From assembly GCA_013239625.1 (NCBI GenBank), contig MU053652.1, forward strand, positions 2,482,001 to 2,546,000: 64,000 nt of DNA, in the 5' to 3' direction. This stretch comes from Lama guanicoe (lineage: Eukaryota). The notes beneath the pieces were generated by a model, which ran no database searches, was not told the DNA's origin, and was given only the letters and a program-made list of their open reading frames with translations. Made by a program: the position numbers and the translations under genes. Below are positions 55,791-64,000 of the stretch, in pieces. The first letter of the stretch is position 1. Every line of letters begins with the position of its first letter.

Positions 55791-56799
55791 GCCTTTTAAT
55801 TGTATAGCATACTTTTAAAACATATGCACTGGGGTATCATCAAACAATAAAACTTGTACTTACTGGTACAGAAAACAAAATTAGATGTATGAAATTCTAA
55901 CTGTTCAGTTTTGGAAGGAATGAGCATTTTGCTAGAGCCATGTATTCCCATTCACTTCAATGATGGATCAACAAAAGGTTTTTAGATATTTAAATGAAGA
56001 AAGTAATACTAAATTACAATAAATCTGAATTTCAGTACTGAATTACCACTTTACTTTATCTCTGTTGACTTCAAAATAATAAAAACAAAGTGTTCTCATC
56101 AAAATAACTTCTGTATTTTCCCAATACTAGTTTTAAATAATTATTAATTGCATTCTAGGTATTACTCACATGCAAATGGTAAAAAGGTAATACCCATGCC
56201 CAGCTTCAAAAGTAGAACAATAATATTCAGCTTTGAGGCCCCCTATAAACCATCCCCCTTTCCTGCCAAAGCAGCCACTCTCCTGAATTTTGTATTTATC
56301 ATTCCTTTGCTTTTCTCCAGTATTAACTTTTCATTTAACTTACCTCACCTATTTACTCATTAAAGAGTAAGCATATGATTCATGCCTTAAGGAATTCAGT
56401 CTCCACAGGGAAACAGAAATGTAAACCAATCATTACAGTAATCCATTCAAGGAATATAAGAGGTTAAGTGGACACACCAAAGGAAGCTTCTAATTCTGCA
56501 TAGGGAAGTCAAGAAAGGTTTCATAGAGGAAGTAAAATCTTAACCGAGTTTTAAAGAATAAGTAGGCATTTTCTAGGTAAAATCTGGATGCATGGGAGGA
56601 GGAGCCTGATTAATTCCATCAGGGAAAACACTATTCCAAAGAACACATATGAGAAAGTTGAATGATTCTAGCAACTGCATGTATGGCTAGCACATAAAGT
56701 CAAAAAAATGAGGCTAGAAAAATAGATGAGGACCAAGAAGTTTTTACTCTAAGCAAAAGGAACTAAGGTAGATACATTATTTTATTACTGTTGTTGTTG

Positions 56800-57218
56800 T
56801 TATTATTTACACTTCCCTGTATCTATGCCTTTTGATAGTGCTGCCCATCACTCAATAGCTGCGGATTTGGTTACATAACTTCTTTTGGGAAAATGAGACA
56901 ACAACAAATTTGATGGAGTGCTCATGTCTACTTTATTCCCCTTGTAGTCCAGCCCTGCATAAGAACAAGACTCAGCTAGCCAACAAGAAGGTGAAGGTGA
57001 GTGACCGACTATGTAGAACAGAGCCAAGTAGTCCCAGCTGAAGCTATCCTAGACTGGCTGACAGCCAGCTGACTCCCAACACGAGTGAGCCCAGCCAAAA
57101 CCAAAGAATCACCCAATCTACAGACTTGTGAGTAAAATAAATGCTTATTTTTACATGCCACTAAAATTTTGTAGCTGCTTGTCATGTAATATGTAAAATG
57201 CAGTAGATAACTGAAACA
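56800..57218 (+). mobile_element. MaLR (MLT1H/I-like) solo LTR, nested in an antisense L2
   Basis: cccagctgaagctatcctagac...gtgagtaaaataaatgctt...tagataactgaaaca. Confidence 0.7.
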
Positions 57219-58496
57219 GGGACTGAAGCTAACCATAGGGTTTAAGCAAAGGTGTCATGTGGCCAAATTTTTTTTTAAGACTACTAAGAATGGAACTAGA
57301 TCTGGAGATCAACAATGGAGGCAAAAAAGTTTAAGAAAGAAACCATTAAGTTGGAATTAGTGCCAAAAGGAATAGAGAAGAAGAGACATCTGAAATGCAA
57401 TATTGGATGCTAGAATCAGTGGAACTTTGGCACCAATTAGATAAATTCAATAAAGAAAAGAGAAGATTTTAGGATGAATGCTAGGCTTCTTGTAAAAATA
57501 ATTAGATACAATCAACCGAGATTTAAAATAGTTCAAGAGAAATGTTAGGTATCTTTTTAAGATTTGTCTTTATTTCTGTTGAGGACAGAAATGGTCATTT
57601 CAGAAAACAGTACTTTAATACTGAAGGGCAAAGGCCATTTTTACAGGGATAATAAATAGAAATCAGAATTTAAAGATCTCTTTGAAAAGATAAAAGCTAC
57701 CTAAATGATTAATCACTAGAACACACTGAATAAGTAAGAATCCAGTTTTCTAAGATTAAAGATAAAGCCCTAGATTTACTGTGAAATGGCCTTCCCAGAT
57801 TAAAATCAGTGGTTTTGAATTAGGTCTTTTCCACCCTTTTTCATTTGTGGCTTCTACTATTTTGTTATAGTTTATTTCTCACCTTGTAATGTGAAACTCC
57901 TTAGATGGAGAAAACAATAAAAATTTCTACAAAGATTTGAAAAAATAATATATGAACATGTTCCTTCTATCAGTGTATAATTATGCACTTATTTAATTCA
58001 AAGTCATAAATCCAAGCCATCCTATTCACTATGGAAATCCTTTATGTATATATGTATCAGTAGATTTACACAAGAATATGTACATACAATTTCAGTTAAA
58101 AATAAAACACATATTTTGTGAAAACTGATTAATATAGTCAAATAGTGAGGGGCCAAAATAGTGAGATAATGAGGACACCAAAAGCACATTCTCCCAGAGA
58201 AATAAAAATAAGTGCTCAAAATAAGAGTAGAGTTTACAGGGACATGAGAAAAGACATAGTTACACAGTTATATTTTAACTAAAGTAGTTAAAAACTAAAC
58301 TATATTAGACACCCATTCCTATTCATCTCTATAAAATAGATTTGTTCATGTATTAGTAGTTGATGAACCAGGTATAGAAGCTGGAATGCAAGAATACTTA
58401 ACCTTGTTCACTACAAATTCTTCTATCACTGCTGACAGACATTATAAAAGAATATAAATCATCCAGAAAAAGAAATGTATGTCCACAGCCTTATCA

Positions 58497-58676
<180 letters not shown>

Positions 58677-61099
58677 TTAAGGACAAAATTTAATAGATAA
58701 GCAGATTTAGCCAGTTGCTTGTAAGATCATTTAAGAAGGTATATCTATCTAAGTAAACTTAAAAATGAGATTTTCAAACTAGTAACATTCCAAGATAAAT
58801 ACTATTTCCTAAACATGAGCATATGGAAAGCCTGCTGCTGGAGAAACACTATTTTGAGAGATTTATAAAAATAAAGGTAAGTAGGAGGCATCCCCTATGA
58901 TTCTGATTCCATAGGTCTTCAGTGGGTAAAAAGAGTTAGTACTTTTTAAACTGCCCACAGGGAATCCTGATGTGCAGCCAATTTAGTAGCTTCTATGTTA
59001 CATCACAAAAAGTTTACATTTGCAGTTTCTTATCAATGCAACCTCAGATTGTTAAAAAAAAGAAAAGGGAATCCCAGAGAAATATAGAGTGCAAAATAAA
59101 ACATAAAGATGCCTAGCTGTTTCTGAAAAAAAAAAAAACTTAAACATTAAAACTGTTTTCTATTACAATACCAAAAACAATGGTTAAAACTAGCTGTGAG
59201 TTAAAGTCAGATATCTTAAGAATAAAATGATGCGTAGCCTTGGTATTCCCATGGAAACTGGGGAAAATTTTTCCTAACATATTGTGGTAGGTTTAACTCC
59301 TAAGAAATCAACCTTTAAGTCATTCTAGGTATGAAAGAATTTAGTTTCTTCTAACTCTTGGAATGTCTATTTTATCTATCGACTTTATCACCATGACAAA
59401 ACTTACTTTTTGCTCAGTAAGTAGTAAAAATCTTTATATATAACACTGGGTATCATCCACCTTTCTTTATAGAACAGCACAGCCTTTCCTTCCTTCAAAT
59501 ATTTTCCCCTTTTGTAAATATCTTATGTCTACTGGTTGCACAAGTCTACCATTTTTTTTTTTTGTTAAACAAGACATTACAGGAAAACTGTTAAGCCATC
59601 TACTCACTAACTGAAATACCCTCGGCTACATATGTGGAGACTGTCATCTAAGTTATATCCTACTACATAGGGTTAAAATTAAAAGTGCACCTGGAAATAC
59701 TGTAACACAATTTAAGAAAATTCTTGCCATTCATAGAGCTGTCCTATATGAGATTTTTGTTACATTTTCATATAATTTCAAACTCTAAGTGAATTTTCTA
59801 AGTAAAAGAACCTAAGGGAAATCAAAATAATGCTTCTGGGTAAGAACAGACTGGGTAATCATGTATAGGTTACTTAACTTCCCTGGGTTTTAGTTTTTTC
59901 ATTTACAAAACTCACAGTGTTGTGGTCAAGTTCTTCAGATACAAGTTACATAAAAACATTCTGAAGACTATCAAGCATGAACAGCATTTCTACTTTTAAA
60001 ATATATACACACATACACAACTTTGCAGTTACTAAGTACCACAGATTCAGTAAAAACAGTATTACTGTATCTGTTTCCATGTCTAACTCAGCACCTAGGA
60101 AACCTTTGGCTCTGTACAAATAAGAAATAATGAAAATTATTTTAAACTATTAAAAACTGCCATATCTCAGATGTATAAAATAATCCATTATCATTAGTTA
60201 AGTAACATTCTGTTTCCCAAATGGCACATAGTAATTAATGCCCAGATACTTAGAATTTTATATGAAAAAAATTAAAGAATTTTCACCTGGCTTAAAAATT
60301 ATCTGCAAAGGTTTCACCATAAAGGCAATTAACACTGTTAAATTCTGAAGCCTGGAGACGGAGTGGGTATATAACTAAAATAGCAACTGACCTTTTGTTT
60401 TACAGTGTTTCTGGGCACCCTCTGGATAAGGTTACCCTGGTTCATTAACTTTAATAACCCTTCCTCTTGGGCTCTGGGTTCTCAATGTTCTTTCTGAAAA
60501 GCAGGTCTCTTTGTACACATAAATTCTCATAGCAAAGAAAACCCACATTTCCACAACAGCCTCATTGATAGCTGAGCAAAATAAAATCTGGCACAGAGCA
60601 AGCATCCCAGTGGAATTAATCCAAGATGTCATTCTTATTCGTGAATGCTTTCTGGTCCCAGCTAAAGTTTAGTAGTAAAACTGAATGAATCAAGATGCAA
60701 ACAGGACCTTTTACTATACCTGAATGAAATGCAAAAATGTTTAATTAAATCATCTAATTAAGTTAAATCATTCAGAGATAAAATATTATTTACAAACACC
60801 AGCAAAAATATTACTTAATGCATAAAGGATACTAAAAACTTTTAAAGATTATAGAAATAATCAGATAGAACTGCAGTGAGAAGAAAGCAGAAAAAAGAAA
60901 ATGCTATTATTTACAACAGGGGAGCAGCTTGGTTTATGGGATGTCCATTCTCATGCTTATAGGTTATGTAACAATTCATGAACATCCCTGGGGCAGAACA
61001 ATTGTCTTCAAGCATCACCCTTTTCTCCGTATTTTCCTTTTAAAGGAGTATAGCCTATAGAGGGTATCTATTTCTCCCATACTCACAGGACTGTTCAGT

Positions 61100-61460
61100 C
61101 AGTATTTTTTGAGTACTAATATAAATTGGCAGGCACTTTAGAGAATAAAAAGAAAGAAGACATAGTCCCTGTCCTCAAGGGGCATACAATCTAGCCAAAA
61201 AATATAAAAGTACCTAAATCACCATAATGCAGTACAGACTGAGTGCTTTAGGGAATGTAAAAAGCACCATGGGGACTCAAAAAAACGAAGAGAATATACC
61301 AGACTGAGGGGATTCAGGAAAGGCTTTATTGTGACAGTGGTACTGCACCTATGCATCAGAAGGTAGCTTTGTTGGCAGAATGAAGGACAGAGAAGAGGAC
61401 TTTACAAGTAGAGTAAAAAGTGTAACAAAGGTACAGAGACAGAAAGACACACAAAGGGGT
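61100..61460 (-). mobile_element. LINE-2 3' fragment
   Basis: tatttttgagtact...ggcaggcact...agacatagtccctgtcctcaagg...tcaggaaaggcttt. Confidence 0.65.
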
Positions 61461-61479
61461 TTTAAAAGACACAGACTTA

Positions 61480-64000
61480 GATTTCCAGTCAAGATGGTGG
61501 AATAGTAGGACCACGAGCTCGCCTTTTTTCACAACTACAAAAAAACCCACAACTGACTGCTAAATAACCACTGGGGAAAAGAAGGCTAGAACCTAGCAGA
61601 AAAGATCTTCTTCAACTGGAAACATAAAGAGGGAACCTCAGCAGGATGGTAGGAGGGGCATGCTCATGATATAATCGGGTCCCATACCCCCTGGGGGTGC
61701 AACCCACAAGCTGAGGAATAATTAAGCCACAGAGGCCCTCACGTAGGAGTGAGAGTTTCGAGTCCCACATCAGGCTCCCCAGCCCAGGGTTCCACCATTG
61801 GAAGGAGGAGACCTCAGAACATCGGGTTTGGAGGCCAGGGGGTGCTTAACCCCAGGAGCCCCAGGGGAAATACAGACTTCACTCTCTTGGGAAGCTCGCA
61901 CAGAATCTCGCGTGCACCAGGGCCAAGGACAGAGGCGGTGACTTTATAGGACCTGGGCCAGATCTACCTCCTGGTTTTGGAAGGTTTCCTGGGGAGGCAG
62001 GGTCAGCTGTGGCTCACCCTGGGAACATAAGAGCTGGTGGTGGACATCTACAGGAGCTGGGAGTGTTCATCTACATGAGCTTTCCTGGAGGCTGGCATCT
62101 AGCTTGGGTCATTAGCACTAAGACCTAGCACCACACAACAGCCTACAGGCTTAAGTGCTGGGAAGCCTCAGGTCAAACAAGATACTGGGTGGGAACACGC
62201 AGCCCAACATGTCAACAGACTTCCTGAGCCACAGACTCCTCTAGACACGCCCTTAGATAACCACCTTACCTACCAGAAGACCAGGACCAAGCTCCATGCA
62301 ACAGTGGGCAGGCACCGATTCCTCTTGCCAGGAAACCTGGATAAGCCTCTAGTCCAGCCTCATCTACCAGGGGGCAGATACCAGAAGTAAGAAAACAACA
62401 ATCCCAAAGCCTGTGGAAGGAATCCACAAACGCAGGCCAGATTCTACTCTGGAATCAGCTGGATCCTGGACCTTGGGTGAAAAGAGACCTTGGGTGACAA
62501 GAGAGGAGTGTACTGCTAGGATGTATAGGACATCTCCCTCAGAGGGCTACTTCTCCAAGGTCGAGAAACGTAACTAATCTACCTAAAAATACACATAGAA
62601 AGATAGACAGTATGAGTCAGCAGAGAAGTATCTTCCTGACCAAGACACAGGATAAAGTTCCAGAAGAAGAAATAAATGATGAGGAGATAGGCAATCTATC
62701 TGAGTTTAGGGTAATGATAGTGAAGATGTTCAGAGAACTCAGGAGGAGTATAGATACACAGAGCAAAGTTTTTAGCAAAAAGTTAGAAAAATATAAAGAA
62801 TACCCAAATGGAATTGAAGAATACAATTAAGAAATGAATAATACACTAGAAGGAACCAACAATATATCAAATGAGGCAGAAGAATGGATTATTGAGCTAG
62901 AAGACACATTAGTGGAAATCACTACTGCCAGAACAGAAAGGAGAAAAAAGAATAAAGAGAAATGAGGATAGTTTAAGAAAACTCTGAGACAATATGAAGC
63001 ACACTGATATTTGCATCATAGAGGTCCCAGAAAGAGAAGAGAGAGAGAAAGGGCTTGAGAAAATATTTGCAGAGATAATAGCCAAAAATTTCCTTAACCT
63101 GGGAATGAAAACAGTCACCCAAGTCCAGGAAGTGCAGAGAATTCTACACAGGATCAACCCAAAGAGGAACACACCAAGGCACACAGTCATCAAATTCACA
63201 AAACTTAAGGATAAGGAGAAAATATTAAAATCAGCAAGAGAAAAGCAACAAATAGCATACAAGGGAACTCCTATAAGGTTATCAGCTGATTTTTCAGCAG
63301 AAATTCTACAGGCCTAAGAGGAGTGTCACGGTATATTTTAAATGATGAAAGGGGAAAACTTACAACCAAGGATACGCTATCCAGCAAGGCTTTCATTCAG
63401 ATTTGATGGAGAAATCAAATCTTCACAGATAAACAAAAGCTAAAACAATTCAGCACCACCAAACCAGCTTTACAACAAATGTTAAAGGAAATTCTCCAGT
63501 CATCAAACCACAAGAAAAGAGATACGTACACCCCAATGTTCATAGCAGCACTACTGACAATAGTCAAGACATGGAAGCAACCTAAATGTCCATTAACAAA
63601 TGACCAGATAAAGAAGTTGTGGTGTGTGTGTATATATATATACACACACACACACACACAAAATGGAATACTACTTGGCATAAAAAAGGCTAAAATAATG
63701 CCATTTGCAGCAACATGGATAGACCTGGAGATTGTCATACTAAGTAGGTCAGAAAGAGAAAGAAAAATACCACATGATATCACTTACACGTAGAATTTAA
63801 AAAAAAAAAGATGAATGAACTTATTTACAAAACAGAAACAGTCTCACAGACACAGAACACAAACTTCTGGTTACAGGATGGGGGAGGTGGTGGGGAAGGA
63901 TAAATGGAGAGTTTGGGATTGCAGATACAAACTACCATATATAAAACAGATAAACAACAAGGACCTACCATATAGCACAGAGAACTATACACAATATCTT
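61480..64000 (+). mobile_element. L1-derived element: full 5'UTR, disrupted ORF1 (62612-63499), ORF2 almost wholly missing, 3'UTR running off the window (HAL1-like)
   Basis: ORFs 62612..62830 and 62994..63317 are L1 ORF1p; about 20 nt after the ORF1 end the sequence becomes the extreme ORF2 C-terminus (DTYTPMFIAAL) and 3'UTR. Confidence 0.92.

Overview
AT-rich, repeat-dense mammalian intronic DNA, with no prokaryotic features, CRISPR arrays or true RNA genes. It carries nine internal coding exons of MKLN1 (muskelin, CTLH/GID E3 ligase subunit) on the minus strand. They run from the kelch repeats ([11 protein letters not shown]...) to ...SGSDFTAL(G), approximately exons 9-17 of 18 by recalled human numbering. 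The upstream exons and the terminal exon lie outside the window. Exon phases join into one continuous reading frame. The tRNA-derived SINE type and the lack of Alu, Bov-tA and PRE-1 suggest a camelid (inference). I found no convincing new protein-coding system. The most notable observations are: (1) a 3.4-kb SINE / L1(5'UTR+ORF1) / inverted L1 / old L1 / SINE composite bounded by one apparent target-site duplication; (2) an ORF1-only, HAL1-like L1 whose ORF2 is almost entirely deleted; (3) a GC donor and an apparently broken acceptor on the same MKLN1 intron, the acceptor lying next to an assembly gap; (4) candidate micro-exons; (5) a probable false gap. Repeat family names come from recalled consensus motifs and repeat boundaries are approximate.
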